A stretch of DNA of 63,605 nucleotides, the filler included, from Phoronis australis (lineage: Eukaryota > Animalia > Phoronida), in the NCBI GenBank assembly GCA_002633005.1. It is 12 parts of 12 records of this genome, joined end to end, with 100 filler letters (N's around TTAATTAATTAA, not from the genome) between each part and the next. Parts side by side here need not be neighbours in the genome. Positions count along the whole stretch, not along the records: positions 9,518 to 12,518 come from NMRA01000224.1; positions 12,619 to 15,478 come from NMRA01003368.1; positions 15,579 to 25,647 come from NMRA01000495.1; 9 more parts are not named here. One strand, 5' to 3'. Under the pieces are notes generated by a model. That model saw only the letters and a program-made list of their open reading frames with translations, had not been told where the DNA came from and searched no databases. Both the position numbers and the translations under genes were made by a program. Positions within the stretch are counted from its first letter, which is position 1. Every line of letters starts with the position of its first letter. This document shows positions 12,003 through 25,240 of this stretch, one piece after another.

Positions 12003-13036
12003 CTGGAACGGAAAACAATATCTTAAGTGAAAATTTCAGCTGACACAGAATGTAATGATTCTTGTAGGAATCAAAATATCAAAGGAAATCAAATTTTATC
12101 AACTAAGTACACTTTCTTAAACTTAGGAATTCACTTTTAGCATCAATTTGTTGTGCACTGAAAAAGATATCTGAAATTACCGAATAGTCATCATACATCC
12201 CAAACCAAAACAAGAGCAACGCAGAGCGTTGAAATGCGCCCACAATTGCACCGCATACGGTATCCTTCTAGGGTTGTTTATTGGTACCATAAAGTGGCCA
12301 GTAGAGGGCATATATGTAGTATGTTGTACTTAGCAAAATGGATAGGCATGGTCATTGTCTCCTCAATAGGCTAGGGGCAGAATGTGAGTAATCTTCATAA
12401 TACAAGCACATCCTATACACCAGTTGCTTAAAGCACCACAGAAACATAGAATTAAAAACAAATTTACCAACATACGAGATTAGCACAACATTAGAATGCC
12501 AGAAACAAATTTCTACTTNNNNNNNNNNNNNNNNNNNNNNNNNNNNNNNNNNNNNNNNNNNNTTAATTAATTAANNNNNNNNNNNNNNNNNNNNNNNNNN
12601 NNNNNNNNNNNNNNNNNNAGCAATTATCAGGTGTTCGCTTGCGCAGTTTCATTTAATGTTCCGTCTGCCTCATTTATGACAAAATGTAGGGTGTGTAGTA
12701 CGGATGCTTAGCTGAATTGTGGCAAGTTGTTCTAGGGCAGGATGTTCTAGGGCAGGGTAACTTGTCATGTGGACGGATGCCCATGAAACGAGCAAATTTC
12801 TCAAATCTGGTCTGGATCGCTGGAATCATTTCTAATCTGATTAATGATCAAGATGAGAACAATTTTATGACCATAACTGGCTTACATGAAAAGTTGTATT
12901 TGACGCTAGGCATTGTTTTATTACCCCTTCAAACTGCGTCTTCATGCTACGCCGAGTTTCCTCACTCACAATGTATGTCCAATGATATGTTATAAATATT
13001 AATGTACCAACATCTTGTCATATATGATTTATTCAG

Positions 13037-13269
13037 AATCGAACTTGAGGATTACCTAAGCAGCAGCGTCCTGACCAAGCTGTGTGTATCATTCTCAAGA
13101 GATGACCAGCCAGATGGCAACCCACGCTATGTGCAAGATAATCTGAAGTTTCATGCCTCAGGCATTAATCTTCTCATCAGACAAAAGGGGGCAGTAGTGT
13201 ATGTTTGCGGGGATGCCAAGAATATGGCAAAAGATGTCAATGCAGCCTTCGTTGACATATTTACAACAG
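13037..13269 (+). CDS. MTRR: Methionine synthase reductase, penultimate exon (NADPH-binding domain)
   Basis: ttattcag|...CAG|gtgggt; encodes ELEDYLSSSVLTKLCVSFSRD...RYVQDNL...VYVCGDAKNMAKDV, a diflavin reductase signature closest to MTRR. Confidence 0.88.
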
Positions 13270-14980
13270 GTGGGTGATAAGGTTTATGGTCAGTTTTATG
13301 TCAACTATTGATAAAATCGAGCTACTGTTGGGTCGGGAAGTTTATGACTTTATGAATATGTTTGCGTATTGTGCAGTTTTAGTAAACGTGTAATTTCTAG
13401 TAAATCGACTGGTTACTTTATGGCGGGATATTTAGGGAATCAGTGTAGAAATGGTTTATTTTGCGAATATTGTGGGATGAGTATTGGATGAAGCTATTAC
13501 ATGAGTGCAAAGTTGGCAGTGTTCCAAGTAATATCAGTTGAATTATGTAACTTGTTCAACCAATGTTTAACATGGAACTTGCTGAAGATAATGCTTTTTT
13601 GCTCTTTTCACAGCTGGGGCTTAATTCAGATGAAAATACTCGCAAGAAATGATTAATATGTTTACTTACTAGCTGAAAATGTAGGGCTTTTCTTTTACTT
13701 AAAGTAGATCATAAAATAAACCCCATCAATCCAAACTAGAGCATAACATAAGCCCCATCAATCCAAACTTAAATACTGGTTGTTTTATGCTTTTTATAAT
13801 CAACATATTGGAAGTTCAGTGAGTTTGAGTGTTATTCACATGTGTCACTGACTGATATTAAAATGAAACTTAAAATGTTTCTGTCGAATTATGTTTAGTG
13901 TGGAAAAGTATTGATGGTGTGTTGGGAATAGGCTTTGACTGGAAGTTTGTTTACAGTCAAAGTCATTTTAAGAGGTTTTCAGTGGAACTGAATTGGACAG
14001 AGTGTCCTCTAACTAGATTACCTGTGCCATGTTTAAAAAACAATGCTAAGAGTTTGATTGTAGTCATTCTTTAAGCAAAGAAAGATATTTTGAATGTTTG
14101 ACACTGCTTCAAGATACAGGTCCCGTGCCTTTTTACAAACCCCTGCGGTATGGACATGGATTTTTTTGAACATTTTTTTTAATTTTGTAATTCCAATGGT
14201 GGAAAACATTGGACCTTCAAATTGTGATACAGTGTTTCAAAGCTACTTTGCACCCACCCTCTGTCAAGTGTTTGACATAAATAATCACATATCTTGTCTC
14301 ATTGCTGCCTCTTCCTTCTCAACACGCTCACTATAACCCGACACTGTCAGACTGGACATTCCCCACCCTGACTCTTGAGCAAGTTATGGAATTCCTTTTT
14401 TTGTCGACTGAGTGCAGGTGGGATTCACCACGACAATAGCTAGAATGACCCATTGTCGTGACTGCCTATTACGCATTGCGACAGGAATGTGGTGTTTTGT
14501 CTAATTACTCATGGTGGGGGGGAACAGTACAGTTATACTGTAGGGTGTCCCCTGTGCGGAACAAGTGACAGTTATTTCTGGAGAGCAGGTTCTATATGTT
14601 GGCTCTGTGTTGAAGGCAGTGTGACTGAGAATATTTTTTGAAGTGGTTACCTTCAAAATCATTTCAAGCATGTAAAGGATATAGACAATGTCGTTTCTAA
14701 TAATTTTGTAATCTGGGGGTTTTGTATGTGTACTGCTTGTGTTCTTTTCTGCTAACTTAAGAGTGGGCTATTGCAAAATTTGAGTCACAAATTGTTCGCG
14801 CAATGAGTTGGAAAATCTATCCATTGGCTGTCCAAAACTGTTGTTCCAGAATTCCTATAAAAAATGTAACAAATTTTGTTGGAGAGAGAACAAAACAGGG
14901 AGTCATTCTGTCCTGCTGTGAGGTGTTGGTTGGATGAATATAGGGGCAAGAGTTAACACTGACAAGTTTTCTTTTTTTAG

Positions 14981-15066
14981 TTTCAGACATGACTCACGAG
15001 GCAGCCACTTCCTATCTGACATCCCTGCGACGAGAACACAGATATCTGGAGGATATCTGGACCTAG
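14981..15066 (+). CDS. MTRR: Methionine synthase reductase, last coding exon
   Basis: Polypyrimidine acceptor ctttttttag|; phase 1 matches; encodes (V)SDMTHEAATSYLTSLRREHRYLEDIWT*, with the RYLxDIW C-terminus. Confidence 0.9.
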
Positions 15067-16069
15067 TGCTTTAGTCATGTGGAAGTCAGAACTTTCCAAC
15101 AGTTGCCTTGTAATTAATTTGTATTTATTTGATAATCGTGGTACTGCATTGTGGTGTGGGCATATAGGACAACCTTCTTTTTTTAATTTGCTATAAGTAT
15201 CTGAAATAGCATGTGATTGTGATAATAATTGTCTAAAATATACAGTTGGTCATTTAATGGTGCTCTTCTGTCTCACAGTTTGTAGTTTCTGCCAAATGCC
15301 AAGGCTTATCATTGTCAGATTGTATTGATGCATCTTCTGGGTTGAAGTCTCTATCTAGCTGGTGTAAACCCACCAGTCATCACAAGGAAACAGCTTTTGA
15401 TTTTCTTACGTTATTAAATTGGTGTCAGTTATACCTTGTTCAAAGTCGAGGTGATTTCGAGGTATTGAAAGAATTGACNNNNNNNNNNNNNNNNNNNNNN
15501 NNNNNNNNNNNNNNNNNNNNNNTTAATTAATTAANNNNNNNNNNNNNNNNNNNNNNNNNNNNNNNNNNNNNNNNNNNNAAGCTCTCCCGCGATATCCCAG
15601 GCGACCGGCAATGGCGCTGCGCACTACGACTCCGTTTCCGTCGTCTGCTCCACTGTGCAATGAAGAAAATTTACTTCATTTTTTAAAGAAAATGGAACCT
15701 GAGTGACGATGAAAAAACAGAAACTGCTGGTAAGATGTGAATTTTAATCGAAGCCTTGGTGAATCACTCAGAAACTCATCATTCTCTCTTTGTCAAACCT
15801 TAACTTTAGACGATTTCCAAAGCAATCCCGTCATTATTGCCAACACGAAAAACGGATTTGGTCTTTTGGGCATTTGAAGACTATTTTAAATACAACAAAT
15901 TTGTTAAGAACCGATTGCTCAAAATATAAAACGTGTAATAAGCATTACAAAAAGAAGTAGGTTTCGCGCACTACAAGGGCTTCCCTCCCCTTTGGTAACC
16001 CAGACTTTCTGTCATTTGCTGCAGATTTTATAAAAGGTTCACGTCAAAACATCTTAGTTCTAAGGGAGT

Positions 16070-16695
16070 GTGTAACTTCCTATACAGCCACTTGCCTATT
16101 TGTTACCCGACCAGAGCGAGACACTCTTCGCGATGGCCTGGCTAGATTAGCTCTTAATCTACACCCTATCGACGGACCTAACGTGGTCATACGTGATGAT
16201 CCCGCTCCTGGTTTTGTGTCTTTACAAGGGGACCAGCATCTCAACCTCCTCGGTCTTTCCATTGAAGTTGGAAGAGTGAAGAACCCAAACAAGAACCCAG
16301 TTACCGAGTTAGAACAAGAATTGTTGCGGCACGAACCTGAAGGAGGTCCTGTCAGTGATTTTGGTCTCAGCATCGCTACAACTGCTCGTCTTAACTCTAG
16401 CATCCGTAGTCAGGGTCTCTCATCTCGTGAATTGTGGACCCAACGCTGTCAGTTCGCCCACCACCAAATTCCTGAAGTTGATAGGGATTATATCTTGGAG
16501 AAACACCGTCAGCGAGAGGTTAATCATGGCTATAGTGAAAGGTGTAAGAACAAAGAATCTGTCGATGCCCATGCTTCGCCAATCCGTCTCTGTGACCTTG
16601 TTTACTTGTATGTCGATGGTACCAAGTCTCGGATTCGAGATCGTTACCTGGTTACCAGCATTGTTGGCGAGTGGTGCTTTATTCGTAAATCCTTT
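16070..16695 (+). mobile_element. Ty3/Gypsy-type LTR retrotransposon fragment (integrase core and C-terminus)
   Basis: Frame reads VIRDDPAPGF...GRVKNPNKNPVTELEQELLR...TARLNSSIRSQGLSSRELWTQR...DLVYLYVDGTKSRIRDRYLVTSIVGEWCFIRK, typical of pol integrases of marine-invertebrate Gypsy-like elements. No LTRs or RT seen. Confidence 0.75.
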
Positions 16696-18563
16696 TTAAA
16701 GAAGGAATCAATTAAAAATTCATACACCCCACGTCACGGTTTGCACATTATGGTCCTTGGTGGGTGGTCGTTTCCCACAGTTGCCGTGTAATTTGCAAAA
16801 AAGCGTAGGTCACGCTTGGCCGTTTAGCAAACTTTGGTAGGAGTTTTCAAAATTTTCAGCAAACTTCTGATGGTTTCAAGGGTTAGTAACAGAGTATTAT
16901 TTTGTCTCAAACAACTGGACAGGAAAGTTATTTTTAGTATCTGTCAATAAGCCATATCCGGGTTTGATATCCCTTTAAAAATGCAAGTACGTACTCATTT
17001 TCGATATTCGTAAGGCATGCGGGCAATTTCGTATGCGCTTAAATTCAATATTATCTGCACGTTGTTTTAGGTGCACCACCTAGCGCATCTAATAACCGAA
17101 GTATCGTTTAGTATAAAGTAAAAATTAAAAATTATTTCGAAATTTTAGATATTTTCGGAGTAACGAACATTCTGAGTAGTGAACCTTTAGAATAGTGGAC
17201 CGTTCTCATTTCCAGCGACGTAAGTAACAGGCAAAAATACAACCAGTTCAAAAATTTCGTGAGGTCACTATCGGACTAAAAAAATTCCGTCCGAGTTTGG
17301 AATGTGGTGTAATCAATCACCTAAACACGCCTGATTTTAAAGTTTGGCAGAATGTAACGCGAGAACGTTCTCTTTCTGGACAACATTACATGTCCGAATT
17401 TGAGCCCTATTCTTTTACAACAACTGTCACGGCATCCTCATTTCCGTCTCATCTCGTGAACATAGAGCTGAGAGTCATCGTTGTGTGTATAGACTTCCCT
17501 CCCCCCTAATTAAGCTGCGCCAAGGGCCTTACTGAAAACTAGTGTCGACCTTTGCAAAATATCAAAGGTCCACCGTTCCAGAGATTTGAACCACCCCTGT
17601 GCAATGTTGACTACGGGCTTGACCAACTTTTGTCCTCAATACACGAGATCTCTGATCTAGCACAAATTTACTAGCAGAGTTTGCTGAGTTACTGCTCATT
17701 TTACTTCGGGCAATCATATTAGAGATTATATTGCAATTGACTTACTGAAAGTGTACTTTAAGTACACAAGTTCACGCTTTCAAGTTGGATATGTGTACAA
17801 GCACACTACCCAGCTGAAGAACAACTTACAGTAAACAAGCCGATGTACATAACACTCTATGGAAACTCAACAAGAAAGTGCAAGTTTCTATTGAAGTAAC
17901 CGTGGCGAAAACAGTGCTTTATAACTGCACTTACTGGGTTACACTATCCGTATGTGAATGTTGTGAGGTTGCTTGAACGCAGAATTTTTCAAATCATTCA
18001 TGAACCTTTTTTCTGTGGAATCTGGGCTTTGCTGATAAGTCAACTTATGCTGGGCTGATTGGCGACATCAATAACTAAGGAACTCAAGTAAAATAATTCA
18101 AAACTTGTATTTTCTTTCTATCAAAAACTATTGAAACTAAGCAGTATATATTAGTAAATACTGATCCTTGAGTGGACTTTGTCAAAACGTGGCCGACCTT
18201 GCAAAGTCTTGGTTGGACTTCCACGGAAAACTCCAATAGTCTAATATTGATCACAGCCTCTCAGGTAGACAAGTTTGTGGCAATCCTACATAGGTTGGGA
18301 ATAATGAAACTGCAATTTTGCTTAAAAAACGGCCAGTTCACAACTGTCAAAAAATCGTAATTGGCTTCAACATCCCTTATCCTCCCGTCCACTTTTACAT
18401 GGAAAAGGCTGGAAAATGGATTCTTTGTTCGCTCAAATTAATCCAACTAAGACAGTGGACTAAATAGCTAAAACAATGAAGCGCTGTAAAAATACACAGT
18501 GAAAGACACCAATGATTTTAATAAAGAAATACTGCAATGTCGAAGTGTTCTATTGCGTACTGC

Positions 18564-19004
18564 TACCGGGATTTTCCGTAGATAAGCCCACCTGATGAAA
18601 CGCGTATGCGTGTTTATACGGAAAATTATGCCGTTTATTTGGTGTTACAACTTCTGGACATGTGTCAAGTGTCCAGATCGCAAAACGGTTATTCGGAAAT
18701 TTCCTCTTAAAAGCCCACTCAGCGTCAACTTTTAGCCAAAAACTTCAGTTTTGTGGAGCATTTAACATTTGTAAAAACGAACGAAGTGTTGGTGAACTAC
18801 GTATTTTATTAACTTAGAATTAAAAAGCTAAATCTTATGCAAACATTGCCGATATATTTCCATATCAGCCGAAGCTAGGAATTTCCATTTACACACCACT
18901 CTTTTCCAAATAAGTGCCCTCGGGTTTATTGATGTTATTGAAACGCCTAAATATTTTCATTTCCTAATACTCGCCCATGGTCTTATCTACTGATAATCCC
19001 GATA
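18564..19004. mobile_element. Tc1/mariner-type MITE
   Basis: Imperfect TIRs TACCGGGATTTTCCGTAGATAAG and CTTATCTACTGATAATCCCGATA with TA at both ends. Confidence 0.6.
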
Positions 19005-20034
19005 GGCAGTAAAATAGATCTACCATAGCAATCCGAAAACTGAGGCTGGCACTAGTGACGCCTCGAACAGCCGAAGTCTGTTAATGACTTACCTGTCAGA
19101 CAAAAATCTTTGCTAACTAAGACTGTGTAACACCAATCTAAGATTACAGATAATTCCAACTCTTAAAATGATAATCAATTAAAACTTCACGGCAGTAACA
19201 GTCAACTCGAGGACGCTTTGTAGACCTTTCAAGCGGAGGACGACATATCTTCTGCCGAACCTCCTCCATTACTTCCCCAGTGTGCGTGGACTTGAATTTT
19301 GCTTAATCTGAAGATCGCGTATGAGTGAGCGTTACAGAAATCAGTTGAATTTTTTGTCTAGTGTAGCGAGTTTTTGCAATTTTTGGTCCCAGAATCATCC
19401 GTTTTACTCGTTAAGGAATTATAGTAACGTGAACTTGATTATTTGAGTGAATTAAGACGCCATGTTTTCCCGGGTATTCCAAGTTCACGTATACCTATAA
19501 ATGATCTTAAGATTAAACGAAATTTCCAAGTTCATATTCGATCTCCGCAAGACACTCGAATTTCGATTGACACTTCGCGCGGCATCCATCCTGTCTTGGT
19601 GCAACACACCAAACATAAAAATTAAGCTAAAAGTCTGTACTTAATTCAGTTTATTTTTAAAAAATCGATGTCATGTCATAAGAGTATTATTTGGGCTTAG
19701 GTTTCTAATAAATGTGTTTGCTTAAAGATCCGATTCATGAAGTTTTTAACAAAATGAAGCAAAAATAGCATCTTTAAAAGTTAATGACAAGATGCGCGTA
19801 TCCGCCGGAAAACCTGCATAGGGTTTGAACTGACACATTGTTCGCCTCCTTTTCAAAAATGCAGTGAAAAACAAACTAGTTATGTCGTATCCTAGAACAA
19901 AAGAAAGACTGAATTCGATAACACCATTTTAGCATAATCTGTAAAATCATGCACAAAGCATAGCTTTTCTGTTTTTCCTGTCGCCGTTGGTGTGGTATAC
20001 TAATATTTCTAAGGAGTCAGAAAATACTACTCAC

Positions 20035-20281
20035 GTGAAAGGCCGCAGTTGATCATGTCGTTGAAGGCTGTGCTATAGAATGTAGCATAACAGCCGAATA
20101 TGTGCTTCATGTTACCTTTAGCCTGACGACTGCAGGACATGCCATTGAGGCAATTGTTGTCATGTTTGCACGCCAAAAACTCGTCTGGACATTTGGACTC
20201 GAAACACTTGAGCTCCTTTCCCATGTCCTCACAGTGGACAACCGAAATGCACGAGATGACAACGATCAGCAAAGGCCTCAT
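20035..20281 (-). CDS. First coding exon of a secreted Cys-rich protein resembling the violaxanthin de-epoxidase (VDE/VDL) N-terminal domain
   Basis: ATG at 20281; signal peptide MRPLLIVVISCISVVHC; Cys spacing C-x4-C-x6-C-x5-C-x5-C...C-x14-C; consensus donor C|GTGAGT after 20035. Confidence 0.7.
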
Positions 20282-23200
20282 TCTGTACCAACCTCAAATG
20301 ATTACTGAGAATTCACTCAACAAGATTTCCATTATTAAGTCGTTGTGCACGAATTAATTACTGTGTACGTATTACGTACACTTAAGTCCTTCATGTTTTT
20401 AGCTGTGCCAGCATACACAACTAAGGGGATGCCGGATATAAATGGTAGGCATTTATTGCGACAGCGCCGGCACTTTGTGTTCCATGAAAACAAGGCGCAC
20501 GCACAACGCTCATGCCTCATATCCCTTGCGTAGAACAGACGAACGGGGACTTACATCAACGACAAAACTTTCAGAAAGTATTAATATTCGAGGTTTTGCT
20601 TCGTGTTGTGTTATTCCTCAATCTAAAGAAGACTGCCTCCCTACCTGCCATTCCGTAATCCTCCCCTCTCTGTTCCTCTCTCTATCATCCTCTACGTGTT
20701 TAGTTACGTATTGAGATAAGCTGATATTCAAACTTAATAGACATCAAGATCCCGATATAGTTAAGTTGAAATCTCGAAATTTCGAGATATAGTGTAATCA
20801 AACAAGAAGCACGTGATGAACAACCACGAATCATTCCGTTAATTTAATTTTCAATATGTTAAACGATAGTGGAAATCCAAATTTTCTTCAACATCCCATT
20901 TCCAATAAGCCAAGCGAAAACTGAAAATCCAATGTTCGTTCAAATTTGTAAAATGGAAAACCGAAGATCCGACTTTTATTTAAAATCAGATTTTCAGTTG
21001 CTTGTTTTCTTTATTGGAAATCGGATCAACGGATGATACTGTAATTCATGCACATTGTCAGATATCGTCATTTTGAAACATTGATCAGCCTTAATTACAA
21101 ACTGCTCCCTGATGCCCAGTCTGGTACCTATAGTAGATTATAATCTAGTAGATTCTAGTCCACCACAAAGCAAGAGCTGTCAACAAATATACTTACACAC
21201 TTAAGCATACAACAACCAGTGACACAGCCAGGATTATAGCAACCCTGGCAGGAAGAAAACGGTGCGATCCCAAGTCGTCACCGATTTTTGACTGCCCTTC
21301 CTCCATCACGAATTTTGTAACTCGCCTCCTCTCTCTCCCCATTGTAAGTGATTTTTTTCTATGTATTTATTATTATTGATAAGCAAGTGCAAAAAAACAA
21401 ACAAGTACACTAATTCATACACGCAGGAAAGATCATTCTTGTTTCCTGTATAAAGTAAACATTCATCCTTCAGAACTGTTTTCCTTCATTTTATCACCTC
21501 TACTGCATCTGGACACGTTACTGATTAACAGAAAATTGCTGATCAGTTTCAACAGCAATTTCATTAACATTGGAATGAATTTGGCTTCTCAAATATTGTT
21601 ATGCAATGAACGTTTCGAAAATTATCGTCACGATTACCCTGACTATATCTTTAAGTTTAAAACCGTTGATGACTAATTTTATTGCACTTACAGATCTCAG
21701 TGTAACGTTCTACAATGTTATGCATGTTCTAATTGAAGTAACCGTGATGACCTGTGTTGCACTTTAGTCATATGCTTTTCTAACCGTGCGGTTTCCGTTT
21801 TATCGATAGTCTCTGCGTTTAATTCTTTGTAAAATACATTTAATTTACGTTTTTAAATGAAATTGCACTGTATTTTATTTCATTGTAGATATACTTTTTT
21901 CTGTTGTTATCTATATTGTTACTCTTACTTGTTAATATCTATTTAAATTATTTTTACTCGGTAGTCAGCTATTAGCGGCCCGTGCCTTTGCTGGCCACCC
22001 AGTCATATAACAATAATATGTTTTTATGTGAACTAAAAAATAAAGTTTCCCTTTCTCTCTCTCTATACTTTCATGCGAGGTCATAACGTGTTTTTATTAT
22101 ACATTGGCCAAAAGGATAACTCACTGAAAATGAACAAAAAAAGAGAAAAATATTTAGCTTTTGTGGATGTGGCTAGTGGCAGAGTTCAAGGTAGTTTCCT
22201 GAGCAGGTGCTTTTTGTCTGTCATTTTGATGCTGCCTTCATATGCACGGATTTTTTATGCGGAGTCCGTATGTACCGTCAAATCGTAACCAATCACAAGC
22301 ATCCGTAAATAGTTAGTCACAAAATGCAACCACTTGCAGACCTTCGCAAATATCCGTGAGAGGAGAGGTAATTTTTTGGCATGTCAAAAATTTTCTAGCG
22401 ATCGTCCACGGATTAATTTATTCGTAATTAATTCGCAAAGGAACGCAAACCGCTCGCACCAACACTCAACCAATAGAACGTTGCCCGTAAGAATCTGTAA
22501 ATGACTCGTAACAATTTAACAATTTATATCTGTTACAAATTATTCACGTTTTGTTTACGGATAACTGACAATCTTTCATTTTCGGCGAAAAGTAATAATA
22601 GTAAAATGAAAGGGGATTATAGAGGTAATTGAAAAAGTTCAGGTAATTTGAATTAAATTGGACTTGCTAAGGCGGACCCTGAATCCCTATGACCGTGCAT
22701 TCGCACCCGTTGCACCTCCCCCCACCACCACTCCCCGGGTACGGGCATGAAGTAGTTGCTATATTCGAGACCGCATGTCTCATCCTCCGGCAATTAAAAG
22801 CAAAATGAACAAGGTGGAACCGAACTAAATTGTGAAATAAACAGTGACAGTAGGTAGACGGGCATACAAGCAGAGGGTGTGTATGCAACACACGGTAGGA
22901 AGCCCGCAAGCATAACAGAACAGAGCCAGCGCGAGGTAAACACCACAGAGCTGCTCATTCAGCACAGCTCTTCGTGACTGATCAATAGAGGCTCAAAAAT
23001 CTTTAACCGAACAGTGGCATTGCCTACTATTTCTTTCCTAGTTATTTTCCGGCCACGTTGGCGTAAAAATGACCTTGAATGGACCCGCCCTGCAAATGCA
23101 TGGGCAGCCGTCGGAAGAGAGAGCATACCATTGTCTAACGTAACGCTGTTCACGAGATTGAGGACGAAGACATTCATTCATGCGAACGTTAGACTTAATA

Positions 23201-25196
23201 AACAACATTACATCTGGCCACAGGTCGCAAACCACTTGCTATATATTTTGTAAAACAAATATTAAGTGTCTAGTTTTTAAAGTTAGCTATCCTCAGTTTT
23301 ATGTGAGATCTTCATTCAGGAAGTTAGGGCGAATCTGTTTGCTTACAAGTGTTATCCAAAGTGTTCTCATCTACAACATAGAAAATTTGGGCATTTATTC
23401 ACTAAATACTCGGTAAGAGTAAACACACAGTAACATCTCACGTAAAACTCGCTTTTAGGGTCTAACAATTCCTGTTCCTGTAGCATATCCAGTTGAACCC
23501 ATTTCAGTTTCTTGATCCAAGTCTTCCATTCAAAGATGACCGATCGAGTACACATTCGTAGTAAATCGAAAGATTTGTAATCTCCACTGAACTTGAGGAC
23601 GGCATGGGCTACCATTTCAAAACAATATGTCACTGACACGCACCTGTGCTGCCTATTCACGGCGTGGAGTGGCATGCTTGGCTTACTCCGAGCGACGGTC
23701 TCAATTTTTATTTTAGACACTCCCACCGTCTCGACTGGCTGTAGACAGTGAAGTTCTGCAGGGGCTTCATACGCCGGAAGCTCTTCGGCGAATTCTGCAT
23801 CACACTGATTAAAACACCGAAGTCATGTTGTTATAAGTGTCTCTTGCGCATAGAGGGACACCTTGGGAGGCCGTCGATATCTGAATTTCAACTCGAACAA
23901 ATACTCCAGTAATCAAAACTTTATTTGAGCAGTAATTCGTTCAGTTGCCCAAATCGGCAACGGGCCATTTTTAACACTGCGTGTGCCAAGAGATATCGCC
24001 GCATGTTTCTAGAGGGAACTTGAATTGAAATTGGTCATTTTTTGATGAGCCGACTTTGGAGCCGTAGGACTATCGAGATTAGACCTCGCGGTCCCAGGTC
24101 GGATGGTTCCATGCTACCCCGGTGAACAATGTTATAAACCCAGGCTTTTTCCGGTAAGTATAGCCACTGACACACGATTCACATGGTGGTTCAAACGCTA
24201 GCGTTTTCGCTAAACTAACAAAAATCGCCATTAGAAGGGTCATCTTTGATCGCAATTAATTTACTAAGCACTTTTGTAACCGGGCCGCTCTTAGAGGCTA
24301 TTGTCAAATTAGTACATTTACAACAGTGAATGAACGTATTTTCACATCTGAATTTTCGCCTAGAGCCGGCTACTCGAGCGGTAAGGAAACGAAATAACTG
24401 TTGGCGAAAATTACCCCTTAGCCGCGGGACAGCTCGTCCACCTGGCTAAAAACGATGGTTTCGACTAGTGAATCGATCTGAGAGCGTTTTCGCCAGTCAT
24501 GTGGTACGAGTCATTCCCAAACAGCACACAAAACACAGTGTTTCCGACTTATCCTGCCCGGAGGAGCGCCGCAGTCATGGAGTCATGCTCGGTCAATTTG
24601 ACAACATGTTTCAAGGGTCTGAGTTGGTTGTTCGCCGAGCTGCTAGATACATGGGCAGCGCACCATAGGGGGCCACTTTTGTCAGTGCTACGCCGCACAT
24701 AGGCGGCGCGCCACAGGGGGGCTGAGGGGGCTTTAGCCCCACCACTTTTTTCAGTGCTTCGCCACCCATGAGATACGCCGTGTTTTGCAGTCCGGTCACT
24801 AGTTGATCAGATCAGTGACTTCACAACCTCGTGAGCGGCTGGATTACGTAGCCGGTGTGAGCCTGAGTCGGGAAGCGCGGTTACACAAAAGAAAGTAGGC
24901 CTATACACACGTTGTTTTTTCGAATTCTTGAACAGAAACACAATTGCTTAATATCTGTGATACCATAGCTGGTATATCCTGCCAACTTTATCAAGTCATG
25001 ATTATCACGTTATAAATAAATGTCGACGTCAGTTTCGGCTGTGGCGTCTCTATATTGTGATCTTTATGTAACGTTGGTGTTGGCCTGGTGCAACCGCCAG
25101 AAGCATTCATTTCCGTAAAGAATAAAAATAGTACATTATGTAATTGAACTACAACTGAATAGTCAGTAGAAACCTCAGCGCATTCTGTAATAAATG

Positions 25197-25240
25197 AGTC
25201 CAACGTTTCGACGAAAATCAATTCATCATTCTCAAGGAGT
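25197..25240 (-). ncRNA. Minimal type I hammerhead ribozyme-like motif (Penelope-like element type, U3-A8 variant)
   Basis: Minus strand: TCC-TTGAGAA-T-GATGAA(ttgatt)TTCGTC-GAAA-CG-TT-GGA, giving a short stem I, core, 6-bp stem II, GAAA and a palindromic stem III. Confidence 0.5.

Noticed and set aside
13002-13277. NADPH-cytochrome P450 reductase or NO synthase, using the ORF-track boundaries
   Set aside because: VSFSRD, CGDAKNMAKDV and RYLEDIWT fit MTRR better; the ORF's ATG and stop are intronic.
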